From the human T2T-CHM13v2.0 reference genome, Homo sapiens, in NCBI RefSeq assembly GCF_009914755.1, contig NC_060933.1: DNA of 64,000 nt; one strand, written 5' to 3'. A model generated the notes under the pieces. The model was not told where the DNA came from and did no database searches. It saw nothing but the letters and a program-made list of their open reading frames with translations. A program made the position numbers and the translations under genes. This document shows, in pieces, positions 28,201-42,600 of this stretch. Numbering within the stretch: position 1 is the stretch's first letter; each line of letters opens with the position of its first letter.

Positions 28201-30606
28201 TGGAATCAACCCGAGTGCAATGGAATGGAGTGGAATGGAATGGAATGGAATGGAACAACCCGAATGGAATGGAATGGAATGGAGAGTAAGGGAGTTGAAT
28301 AGAATCAATCCGAATGTAATGGAATGGAATAGAACGGAATGGAATGGAATGGAATGGAATGGAATGGAATGCAATGGAATTGAATCAACCTGAGTACAAT
28401 GGAATGGAATGGAATGGAATGGAATGGAATGGAATGGAATGGAATGGAATGGAATGATACGGAATAGAATGGAATGGAACGAAATGGAATGGAATGGAAT
28501 GGAATGGAATGGAATGGAATGGAATCGTTCCGAGTGGAATAGGAGGGAATGTATTCGAGTGGAATGGAAAGGAATGGTATCAACCAGAGTGGAATGGAAG
28601 GGAATGGAATGGAATGGAAACTAATAGAATGGAATCAACCCGAGTGGAATGGAATGGAAAGGACTGGAATGGAATGGAATGGAATGGAATCAACTCGATT
28701 GTAATGGAATGGAATGGAATGGAATGGAATGGAATTAACCCGAATAAAATGGAATGGAATGGAATGGAACGGAATGGCGTGAAATGGAATGGAATCAACC
28801 CGAGTGCAGGGGAATGGAATGGAATGGAATGCAATGGAATGGAATCATCCGAAATGGAATGGAATGGAATGGAATGCAAAGCAATGGAATCAACTCGATT
28901 GCAATGGAATGGAATGGAATGGAAAGGAATACATTGGAATCAACCCGAGTGGAATGGAATGGAAAGACTGGAATGGAGTGGAATGGAATGGAATGGAATG
29001 GAATGGAATCAACTCGATTGGAATGGAATGGAATGGAATGGAATGGAATTAACCCGAATAGAATGGAATGGAATGGAATGGAACGGAACGGAATGGAATG
29101 GAATGGAATGGAATGGAATGGAATGGAATGGAATCAACCCGACTGCAGGGGAATGGAATGGAATGGAATGCAATGGAATGGATTCAACTTGAATGGAATG
29201 GAAAGAATGGAATCAACACGAGTGGAATGGCATGGATTGGAATGGAATGCAATGGAATCAACCCGAGTACAGGGGAATGGAATTGAATGGAATGCAATGG
29301 AATGGAATCATCCGTAATGGAATGGAATGGAAAGGAATGGAATGGAATGGAATGGAATGGAATAGAATGGAATGGAATCAACTCGATTGCAATCGAATGG
29401 AATGGAATGGAATTAACCCGAATAGAATGGAATGGAATGGAATGGAACGGAACGGAACGGAATGGAATGGATTGGAATGCAATGGAATGGAATGGAATGG
29501 AACGGAAAGGAATGGAATGGAATGGAATGGAATGGAATGGAATGGAATGGAATCAACGCGAGTGCAGGGGAATGGAATGGAATGGAATGCAATGGAATGG
29601 AATCCTCCGGAATGGAATGGAATTGAATGGAACGGAATGGAATAAACCCGAGTGCAATGGAATGGAGTGGAATGGAATGGAATGGAATGGAACAACCCGA
29701 ATGGAATGGAATGTAACGGAGAGTAAGGGAGTTGAATAGAATCAATCCAAATGTAATGGAATGGAATGGAACGGAATGGAATTGAATGGAATGGAATGGA
29801 ATGCAATGGAATGGAATCAACCCGAGTGCAATGGAATGGAGAGGAATGGAATGGAATGGAATGGAAACTACCCTAATGGAATGGAATGTAATGGAGTGTA
29901 AGGGAATTGAATAGAATCAATCCGAATGTAATGGAATGGAATGGAAGGGAATGGAATGGAATGGAATGGAATGGAATGGAATGGAATGGAATGCAATGGA
30001 ATGGAATCATCCGGAATGGAATGGAATGGAATGGAATGCAAAGCAATGGAATCAACTCGATTGCAATGGAATGGAATGGAATGGAAAGGAATACATTGGA
30101 ATCAACCCGAGTGGAATGGAATGGAAAGGACTGGAATGGAGTGGAATGGAATGGAATGGAATGGAATGGAATCAACTCGACTGGAATGGAATGCAATGGA
30201 ATGGAATGGAATTAACCCGAATAGAATGGAATGGAATGGAATGGAACGGAACGGAACGGAACGGAATGGAATGGAATGGAATGGAATGGAATGGAATGGA
30301 ATCAACCCGACTGCAGGGGAATGGAATGGAATGGAATGCAATGGAATGGATTCAACTTGAATGGAATGGAAAGAATGGAATCAACACGAGTGGAATGGCA
30401 TGGAATGGACTGGAATGGAATGGAATGGAATGGAATGGTACGGAATAGAATGGAAAGGAACGAAATGGAATGGAATGAAATGGAATGGAATGGAATGGAA
30501 TGGAATGGAATGGAATGGAATGGAATCAACCCGAGTGCAGGGGAATGGAATGGAATTGAAGGCAATGGAATGGAATCATCCGGAATTGAATGGAATGGAA
30601 TGGAAT
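22235..30606 (+). repeat. 8.36 kb higher-order repeat, copy 2 (head-to-tail)
   Basis: Colinear with 13878-22234. The boundaries fall in the shared word CAACTCGATTGCAATGG (13878, 22235, 30607). Confidence 0.93.
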
Positions 30607-33600
30607 CAACTCGATTGCAATGGAATGGAATGGAATGGAATGGAATGGAATGGAATGGAATGGAATGGAATGGAATTATCCCGAATAGAATGGAATGGAA
30701 TGGAATCAACTCGATTGCAATGGAATGGAAAGAATTGGAATGGAATGGAATGGAATGGAATGGAATGGAATGGAATTAACCCGAATAGAATGGAATGGAA
30801 TGGAATGGAAGTAAATGGAATGGAAGGTAATGAACCCGAGTGCAGGGGAATGGAATGGAATGGAATGCAATGAAATGGAGTCATCCGGAATGGAATGGAA
30901 AGGAATGGAATGGAACCAACCCGTGTGCAATGGAATTGAAAGGAATGGAATGGAATGGAATGGAATGGAATGGAATGGAATGGAATGGAATGGATTCAAC
31001 CCGAATGGAATGGAAAGGAAGGGAATCAACCCAAGTGGAATGGCATGGAATGGAATGGATTGGAATGGAATGGAATGGTACCGAATGGAATGGAATGGAA
31101 TGGTACCGAATAGAATGGAATGGAACGAAATGGAATGGAATGGAATGGAATGGAATGGAATGGAGTGAACACGTGTGCAATGGATTGGAATGGAATGGAA
31201 TGGAATGGAATGGAATGGAATGGGTTCGACTCGAATGGAACGGAATGTAATGAAATCAACCCGAGTGGAATGGCATGGAATGGAATGGAATGGAATGGAA
31301 TGGAATGGAATGGAAACAACACGAGTGCAATGTAATGGAATCGAATGGAATGGAATGCAATGGATTCAACCCGAATGGAATGGAAACGAATGGAATAAAA
31401 CCGAGTGGAATGGCATGGAATGGAGTCTAATGGAATGGAATGGAATGGAATGGTATGGAATAGAATGGAATGGAACGAAATGGAATGGAATGGAATGGAA
31501 TGAAATGAACCCGTGTGCAATGGAATGGAATGGAATGGAATGGAATGGAATGGATTCAACTCGAATGGAATGGAAAGGAATGGAATCAACCCGAGTGGAA
31601 TGGCATGGAATGGAATGGAATGGAATGGAATTAACCCTAATAGAATGGAATGGAATGGAATGGAATGGAATGGAATGGAATGGAATGGAAGGAAATGGAA
31701 TGGAATGGAATGGAATGGAATGGAATGGAATGGAAAGGAATGGTACGGAATAGAATGGAATGGAACGAAATGCAATGGAATGGAATGGAATGGGATGGAA
31801 TGGAATGGAATGGAATCAACCCGAGTGCAGGGGAATGGAATGGAATGGAAGGCAATGGAATGACATCATTCGGAATTGAATGGAATGGAATGGAATGGAA
31901 TGGAATCAACTCGATTGGAATGGAATGGAATGGAATGGAATGGAATAGAATGGAATGGAATGGAAGCGAATGGAATGGAATGTAATGAAACCGAGTGCAG
32001 GGGAATGGAATGGAATGGAATGCAATGGAATGGAGTCATCCGGAATGGAACGGAATGGAATGGAATGGAATCAACCCGAGTGCAATGGAATGGAATGGAA
32101 TGGAAAGGAATGGAATGGAATGGACTCAACCCGAATGGAATTGAAAGGAATGGAATCAACCCGAGAGGAATGGCATGGAATGGAATGGAATGGAATGGAG
32201 TGGAATGGTACAGAATAGAATGTAATGGAACGAAATGGAATGGAATGGAATGGAATGGAATGGAATCATTCCGAGTGGAATAGAAGGGAATGTTTTCGAG
32301 TGGAATGAAAAGGAATGGAATCAACCAGAGTGGAATGGAATGGAATCGAGTGGAATGGAATGCAATCGAATGGAATGGAAAGGAATAGAATGGAATCAAC
32401 CCGAGTGGAATGGAATGGAAAGGACTGGAATGGAATGGAATGGAATGCAATGGAATCAACTCGATTGCAATGAAATGGAATGGAATGGAATGGAATGGAA
32501 TGGAATTAACCGGAATAGAATGGAATTGAATGGAATGGAAAGGAATGGAATGGAATAGAATGGAATGGAATGGATTCAACTCGAATGGAATGGAAAGGAA
32601 TGGAATCAACCCGAGTGGAATGGCATGGAACGGAATGGAATGGAATGGAATGGAATGGAATTAACCCTAATAGAATGGAATGGAATGGAATGGAATGGAA
32701 TGGAATGGAAGGAAATGGAATGGAATGGAATGGAATGGAATGGAATGGAATGGAATGGAAGGAAATGGAATGGAATGGAATGGAATGGAATGGAATGGAA
32801 TGGAATGGAATGGAATGGAAGGAAATGGAATGGAATGGAATGGAATGGAATGGAATGGAATGGTACGGAATAGAATGGAATGGAACGAAATGGAATGGAA
32901 TGGAATGGAATGGAATGGAATGGAATGGAATGGAAGTGAATGGAATGGAATGTAATGAAACCGAGTGCAGGGGAATGGAATGGAATGGAATGCAATGGAA
33001 TGGAGTCATCCGGAATGGAACGGAATGGAATGGAATGGAATCAACCCGAGTGCAATGGAATGGAATGGAATGGAAAGGAATGGAATGGAATGGATTCAAC
33101 CCGAATGGAATGGAAAGGAATGGAATCAACCCGAGAGGAATGGCATGGAATGGAATGGAATGGAATGGAGTGGAATGGTACGGAATAGAATGTAATGGAA
33201 CGAAACGGAATGGAATGGAATGGAATGGAATGGAATGGAATGGAATCATTCCGAGTGGAATAGAAGGGAATGTTTTCGAGTGGAATGAAAAGGAATGGTA
33301 TCAACCAGAGTGGAATGGAATGGAATCGAATGGAATGGAAAGGAATAGAATGGAATCAACCCGAGTGGAATGGAATGGAAAGGACTGGAATGGAATGGAA
33401 TGGAATGCAATGGAATCAACTCGATTGCAATGAAATGTAATGTAATGGAATGGAATGGAATGGAATGGAATGGAATGGAATGGAATAGAATGGAAAGGAA
33501 TCACTCCAAGTGCAGGGGAATTTAATGGAATGGAATGCAGTGGAATGGAATCATCCGGAATGGAATGGAATGGAATGGAATGGAACGGAATGGAATGGAA

Positions 33601-36600
33601 TCAACTCGAATTCAATGGAATGGAAAGGAATGGAATGGAATGGAATGCAATGGAATCGTACGGAATAGAATGGAATGGAACGAAATGGAATGTAATGGAA
33701 TGGACTGGAATGGAATGGAATGGAATGGAACGGAATGGAATGGAATGAACCCGCGTGCAATGGAATGGAACGGAATGGAATGGAATGGAATGGAATGGAA
33801 TGGAATGGGTTCAAATCGAATGGAATGGAAAGCAATGGAATCAACACGAGTGGAATGGCATGGAATGGAATGGAATTGAATGAAATGGAATGGAATGGAA
33901 TGGAATGAAATGTAATGGAATGGAAAGGAATGGAATCAACACGAGTGGAATGGCATGGAATGGAATGGAATTGAATGAAATGGAATGGAATGGAATGGAA
34001 TGAAATGTAATGGAATGGAATGGATTGGAATCAACCCGAGTGCAATGTAATGGAATCGAATGGAATGGAATGGAATGGATTCAACCCGAATGGAATTAAA
34101 AGGAATGGAATATACCCGAGTGGAATGGCATGGAATGGAGTGGAATGGAATGGAATGGAATGGAATGGAATGGAATGGTACGGAATAGAATGGAATGTAA
34201 CGAAATGGAATGTAAGGGAATGGAATGGAATGGAATGGAATGAACCCGTGTGCAATGGAATGGAATGGAATGGAATGGAATGGAATGGATTCAACTCTAA
34301 TGGAATGGAAGGGAATGGAATCAACGCGAGTGGAATGGCATGGAATGGAATGGAATGGAATGGAATGGAAGTAAATGGAATGGAATGGAATGAACCCGAG
34401 TGCAGGGGAATGGAATGGAATGGAATGGAATGGAATGGAATGGAATGGAATTGAATGGAATGGAATGGAATGCAGTGGAATGGAATCAAACCTAGTGCAA
34501 TTGAATGGAATGGAATGGAATGGAATGGAATGGAATGGATTCAACCCAAATGGAATGGAAAGCAATGGAATCAACCCGAGTGGAATGGCATGGAATGGAA
34601 TGGAATGGAATGTAATGGAATGGAATGGAATGGAATGGAATGGAATGGTACGGAATAAAATGGAATGGAACGAAATGGAATGGAATGGAACGGAATAGAA
34701 TGGAATCATTCCGAGTGGAATAGAAGGGAATGAATTCGAGTGGAATGGAAAGGAATGGAATCAACCAGAGTGGAATGGAAGGGAATGGAATGGAATGGAA
34801 ACTAATAAAATGGAATCAACACGAGTGGAATGGAATGGAAAGGACTTGAATGGAATGGAATGGAATGGAATGGAATCAAGTCGATTGCAATGGAATGTAA
34901 TGGAATGGAGTGGAATGGAATTAACGCGAATAGAATGGAATGGAATGGAATGGAATGGAATGGAATGGAATGGAATGGAATGGAATGGAATCAACCTGAG
35001 TGCAGGGGAATAGAATGCAATGGAATGCAATGGAATGGAATGGAATGGAATGGAATCAACGCGAGTGCAGGGGAATGGAATGTAATGGAATGCAATGGAA
35101 TGGAATCTTCCGGAATGGAATGGAATGGAATGGAATCAACCCGAGTGCAATGGAATGGAGTGGAATGGAATGGAATGGAATTGAACAACCCGAATGCAAT
35201 CGAATGTAATGGAGAGTAAGGGAGTTGAATAGAATCAATCCGAATGTAATGGAATGGAATGGAACGGAATGGAATTGAATGGTATGGAATGGAATGCAAT
35301 GGAATGGAATCAACCCGAGTGCAATGGAATGGAGAGGAATGGAATGGAAACTACCCGAATGGAATGGAATGTAATGGAGTGTAAGGGAATTGAATAGAAT
35401 CAATCTGAATGTAATGAAATGGAATGGAACGGAAAGGAATGGAATGGAATGGAATGGAATGGAATGCAATGGAATGGAATCAACCCGAGTGCAATCGAAT
35501 GGAATCGAATGTAATGGAATGCAATGGAATGGATTCAACTTGAATGGAATGGAAAGAATGGAATCAATACGAGTGGAATGGCATGGATTGGAATGGAATG
35601 GAATGGAATCAACCCGAGTACAGGGGAATGGAATGGAATGGAATGCAATGGAATGGAATCATCCGTAATGTAATGGAAAGGAATGGAATGGAATGGAATG
35701 GAATGGAATGGAATGGAATGGAATCAACTCGATTGCAATCGAATGGAATGGAATGGAATTAACCCAAATAGAATGGAATGGAATGGAATGGAATGGAACG
35801 GAAAGGAATGGAATGGAATGGAATGGAATAGAATGGAATGGAACGGAACGGAATGGAACGGAATGGAATGGAATGGAATGGAATGGAATGGAATGGAATG
35901 GAATCAACGCGAGTGCAGGGGAATGGAATGGAATGGAATGCAATGGAATGGAATCTTCCGGAATGGAATGGAATGGAATGGAATGGCATGAAATGCAATG
36001 GATTCAACTCGATTGCAATGGAATGGAATAGAATGGAATGGAATGGAATGGAATGGAATTAACCCGAATAGAATGGAATGGAATGGAATGGAACGGAATG
36101 GAACGGAATGGAATGGAATGGAATGGAATGGAATGGAATGGAATGGTATGGAGTGGAATGCAATGGAATCAACACGAGTGCAGTGTAATGGAATCGAATG
36201 GAATGGAATGGAATGGAATGGATTCAACACGAATGGAATGGAAAGGAATGGAATAAACCCGCGTGGAATGGCATGGAATGGAGTGGAATGGAATGGAATG
36301 GAATGGAATGGAATCAACCCGAGTGCAACGTAATGGAATGGAATGGAATGGAATGGAATGGAATGGATTCAACCCGAATGGAATGGAAAGGAATGGAATA
36401 ATCCCGAGTGGAATGGCATGAAGTGGAGTGGAATGGAATGGAATGGAATGGAATGGAATGGTACGGAATAGAATGGAATGGAACGAAATGGAATGGAATG
36501 GAATGGAATGGAATGGAATGGAATGGAATGGAATGGAATGAACCCGTGTGCAATGGAATGGAATCGAATGGAATGGAATGGATTGGAATGGATTCAACTC

Positions 36601-39600
36601 GAATGGAATGGAAAGGAATGGAATCAACCCGAGTGGAATGGCATGGAATGGAATGGAATGGAATGGAATGGAATGGAATGGAATGGAATGGTACGGAATA
36701 GAATGGAAAGGAACGAAATGGAATGGAATGAAATGGAATGGAATGGAATGGAATGGAATGGAATGGAATCAACCCGAGTGCAGGGGAATGGAATGGAATT
36801 GAAGGCAATGGAATGGAATCATCCGGAATTGAATGGAATGGAATGGAATCAACTCGATTGCAATGGAATGGAATGGAATGGAATGGAATGGAATGGAATG
36901 GAATGGAATGGAATGGAATGGAATTAACCAGAATAGAATGGAATGGAATGGAATGGAAGTAAATGGAATGGAAGGTAATGAACCCGAGTGCAGGGGAATG
37001 GAATGGAATGGAATGCAATGAAATGGAGTCATCCGGAATGGAACGGAAAGGAATGGAATGGAACCAACCCGTGTGCAATGGAATTGAAAGGAATGGAATG
37101 GAATGGAATGGAATGGAATGGAATGGAATGGAATGGATTCAACCCGAATGGAATGGAAAGGAAGGGAATCAACCCAAGTGGAATGGCATGGAATGGAATG
37201 GATTGGAATGGAATGGAATGGTACCGAATGGAATGGAATGGAATGGTACCGAATAGAATGGAATGGAACGAAATGGAACGGAATGGAATGGAATGGAATG
37301 GAATGGAGTGAACACGTGTGCAATGGATTGGAATGGAATGGAATGGAATGGAATGGAATGGAATGGGTTCGACTCGAATGGAACGGAATGTAATGAAATC
37401 AACCCGAGTGGAATGGCATGGAATGGAATGGAATGGAATGGAATGGAAACAACACGAGTGCAATGTAATGGAATCGAATGGAATGGAATGCAATGGATTC
37501 AACCCGAATGGAATGGAAACGAATGGAATAAAACCGAGTGGAATGGCATGGAATGGAGTCTAATGGAATGGAATGGAATGGAATGGTATGGAATAGAATG
37601 GAATGGAACGAAATGGAATGGAATGGAATGGAATGAAATGAACCCGTGTGCAATGGAATGGAATGGAATGGAATGGAATGGAATGGATTCAACTCGAATG
37701 GAATGGAAAGGAATGGAATCAACCCGAGTGGAATGGCATGGAATGGAATGGAATGGAATGGAATTAACCCTAATAGAATGGAATGGAATGGAATGGAATG
37801 GAATGGAATGGAATGGAATGGAAGGAAATGGAATGGAATGGAATGGAATGGAATGGAATGGAATGGAATGGTACGGAATAGAATGGAATGGAACGAAATG
37901 GAATGGAATGGAATGGAATGGGATGGAATGGAATGGAATGGAATCAACCCGAGTGCAGGGGAATGGAATGGAATGGAAGGCAATGGAATGACATCATTCG
38001 GAATTGAATGGAATGGAATGGAATGGAATGGAATCAACGCGAGTGCAGGGGAATGAAATGGAATGGAATGCAATGGAATGGAATCTTCCGGAATGGAATG
38101 GAATGGAATGGAATAGAATGGAATGGAAAGGAATGGAATGGAATCAACCCGAGTACAGGGGAATGGAATGGAATGTAATGTAATGGAATGGAATCATCCG
38201 TAATGGAATGGAAAGCAATGGAATGGAATGGAATGGAATGGAATGGAATGGAATCAACTGGATTGCAATCGAATGGAATGGAATGGAATTAACCCGAATA
38301 GAATGGAATGGAATGGAACGGAACGGAACGGAATGGAATGGAATGGAATGGAACGGAACGGAATAGAATGGAATGGAATGGAATGGAATGGAATGGAATC
38401 AACGCGAGTGCAGGGGAATGGAATGGAATGGAATGCAGTGGAATGGAATCTTCCGGAATGGAATGGAATGGAATGCAATGGATTCAACTCGATTGCAATG
38501 GAATGGAATAGAATGGAATGGAATGGAATGGAATGTAATTAACCCGAATAAAATGGAATGGAATGGAATGGAACGGAACGGAACGGAACGGAACGGAATG
38601 GAATGGAATGGAATGGAATGGAATGGTATGGAATGGAATGGAATGGTACGGAATAGAATGGAATGGAAAGAATTGGAATGGAATGGAATCGAATGGAATG
38701 GAATGGAATGGAATGGAATCAACCCGAGTGCAAGGGAATGTAATGGAACGCAATGTAATGGAATGGAATCATCCGGAATGGAATGGAATGGAATGGAATG
38801 GAATGGAATGGAATGGAATGGAACCAACTCGATTGTGATGGAATGGAATGGAATGGAATGGAATGGAATGGAATGGAATTAACCCGAATACAACGGAATG
38901 GAATGGAATGGAACGGAATGGAGCGGAATGGAATGGAATCAACCCGAGTGCAGGGGAATGGAATGGAATGGAATGCAATGGAATGGAATCATCCGGAATG
39001 GAATGGAATGGAATGGAATGCAAAGCAATGGAATCAACTCGATTGCAATGGAATGGAATGGAATGGAAAGGAATACATTGGAATCAACCCGAGTGGAATG
39101 GAATGGAAAGGACTGGAATGGAGTGGAATGGAATGGAATGGAATGGAATGGAATCAACTCGATTGGAATGGAATGGAATGGAATGGAATGGAATGGAATG
39201 GAATGGAATGGAATTAACCCGAATAGAATGGAATGGAATGGAATGGAACGGAACGGAATGGAATGGAATGGAATGGAATGGAATGGAATGGAATGGAAAC
39301 AACCCGACTGCAGGGGAATGTATTCAACCCAAATGGAATGGAAAGCAATGGAATCAACCCGAGTGGAATGGCATGGAATGGAATGGAATGGAATGGAATG
39401 GAATGGAATGGTACGGAATAGAATGGAATGGAACGAAATGGAATGGAATGGAATGGAATGGAAATTAATGGAATGGAATGGAATGGAATGGAAGTGAATG
39501 GAATGGAATGTAATGAAACCGAGTGCAGGGGAATGGAATGGAATGGAATGCAATGGAATGGAGTCATCCGGAATGGAACGGAATGGAATGGAATGGAATC

Positions 39601-42600
39601 AACCCGAGTGCAATGGAATGGAATGGAATGGAAAGGAATGGAATGGAATGGATTCAACCCGAATGCAATGGAAAGGAATGGAATCAACCCGAGAGGAATG
39701 GCATGGAATGGAATGGAATGGAATGGAATGGAGTGGAATGGTACGGAATAGAATGTAATGGAACGAAACGGAATGGAATGGAATGGAATGGAATGGAATG
39801 GAATCATTCCGAGTGGAATAGAAGGGAATGTTTTCGAGTGGAATGAAAAGGAATGGTATCAACCAGAGTGGAATGGAATGGAATCGAATGGAATGGAAAG
39901 GAATAGAATGGAATCAACCCGAGTGGAATGGAATGGAAAGGACTGGAATGGAATGGAATGGAATGCAATGGAATCAACTCGATTGCAATGAAATGGAATG
40001 GAATGGAATGGAATGGAATGGAATGGAATGGAATAGAATGGAAAGGAATCACTCCAAGTGCAGGGGAATTTAATGGAATGGAATGCAGTGGAACGGAATC
40101 ATCCGGAATGGAATGGAATGGAACGGAATGGAATGGAATCAACTCGAATTCAATGGAATGGAAAGGAATGGAATGGAATGGAATGCAATGGAATCGTACG
40201 GAATAGAATGGAATGGAACGAAATGGAATGTAATGGAATGGAATGGAATGGAATGGAATGGAATGGAATGGAACGGAATGAAATGGAATGAACCCGCGTG
40301 CAATGGAATGGAACGGAATGGAATGGAATGGAATGGAATGGAATGGAATGGGTTCAACTCGAATGGAATGGAAAGGAATGGAATCAACACGAGTGGAATG
40401 GCATGGAATGGAATGGAATTGAATGAAATGGAATGGAATGGAACGGAATGAAATGTTATGGAATGGAAAGGAATGGAATCAACACGAGTGGAATGGCATG
40501 GAATGGAATGGAATTGAATGAAATGGAATGGAATGGAATGGAATGAAATGTAATGGAATGGAATGGAATGGAATCAACCCGAGTGCAATGTAATGGAATC
40601 GAATGGAATGGAATGGAATGGATTCAACCCGAATGGAATTAAAAGGAATGGAATATACCCGAGTGGAATGGCATGGAATGGAGTGGAATGGAATGGAATG
40701 GAATGGAATGGAATGGTACGGAATAGAATGGAATGTAACGAAATAGAATGTAAGGGAATGGAATGGAATGGAATGGAATGAACCCGTGTGCAATGGAATG
40801 GAATGGAATGGAATGGAATGGAATGGAATGGAATGGATTCAACTCTAATGGAATGGAAGGGAATGGAATCAACGCGAGTGGAATGGCATGGAATGGAATG
40901 GAATGGAATGGAATGGAATGGAAGTAAATGGAATGGAATGGAATGAACCCGAGTGCAGGGGAATGGAATGGAATGGAATGGAATGGAATGGAATGGAATT
41001 GAATGGAATGGAATGGAATGCAGTGGAATGGAATCAAACCTAGTGCAATTGAATGGAATGGAATGGAATGGAATGGAATGGAATGGAATGGATTCAACCC
41101 AAATGGAATGGAAAGCAATGGAATCAACCCGAGTGGAATGGCATGGAATGGAATGGAATGGAATGTAATGGAATGGAATGGAATGGAATGGAATGGAATG
41201 GTACGGAATAAAATGGAATGGAACGAAATGGAATGGAATGGAACGGAATAGAATGGAATCATTCCGAGTGGAATAGAAGGGAATGAATTCGAGTGGAATG
41301 GAAAGGAATGGAATCAACCAGAGTGGAATGGAAGGGAATGGAATGGAATGGAAACTAATAAAATGGAATCAACACGAGTGGAATGGAATGGAAAGGACTT
41401 GAATGGAATGGAATGGAATGGAATGGAATCAAGTCGATTGCAATGGAATGTAATGGAATGGAGTGGAATGGAATTAACGCGAATAGAATGGAATGGAATG
41501 GAATGGAATGGAATGGAATGGAATGGAATGGAATCAACCTGAGTGCAGGGGAATGGAATGCAATGGAATGCAATGGAATGGAATGGAATGGAATGGAATC
41601 AACGCGAGTGCAGGGGAATGGAATGTAATGGAATGCAATGGAATGGAATCTTCCGGAATGGAATGGAATGGAATGGAATCAACCCGAGTGCAATGGAATG
41701 GAGTGGAATGGAATGGAATGGAATTGAACAACCCGAATGCAATCGAATGTAATGGAGAGTAAGGGAGTTGAATAGAATCAATCCGAATGTAATGGAATGG
41801 AATGGAACGGAATGGAATTGAATGGTATGGAATGGAATGCAATGGAATGGAATCAACCCGAGTGCAATGGAATGGAGAGGAATGGAATGGAAACTACCCG
41901 AATGGAATGGAATGTAATGGAGTGTAAGGGAATTGAATAGAATCAATCCGAATGTAATGGAATGGAATGGAACGGAATGGAATGGAATGGAATGGAATGG
42001 AATGGAATGGAATGGAATACAATGGAATGGAATCAACCCGAGTGCAATCGAATGGAATCGAATGTAATGGAATGCAATGGAATGGATTCAACTTGAATGG
42101 AAAGGAAAGAATGGAATCAATACGAGTGGAATGGCATGGATTGGAATGGAATGGAATGGAATCAACCCGAGTACAGGGGAATGGAATGGAATGGAATGCA
42201 ATGGAATGGAATCATCCGTAATGTAATGGAAAGGAATGGAATGGAATGGAATGGAATGGAATGGAATGGAATCAACTCGATTGCAGTCGAATGGAATGGA
42301 ATGGAATTAACCCAAATAGAATGGAATGGAATGGAATGGAATGGAACGGAAAGGAATGGAATGGAATGGAATGGAATAGAATGGAATGGAACGGAACGGA
42401 ATGGAACGGAATGGAATGGAATGGAATGGAATGGAATGGAATGGAATGGAATCAACGCGAGTGCAGGGGAATGGAATGGAATGGAATGCAATGGAATGGA
42501 ATCTTCCGGAATGGAATGGAATGGAATGGAATGGCATGAAATGCAATGGATTCAACTCGATTGCAATGGAATGGAATAGAATGGAATGGAATGGAATGGA

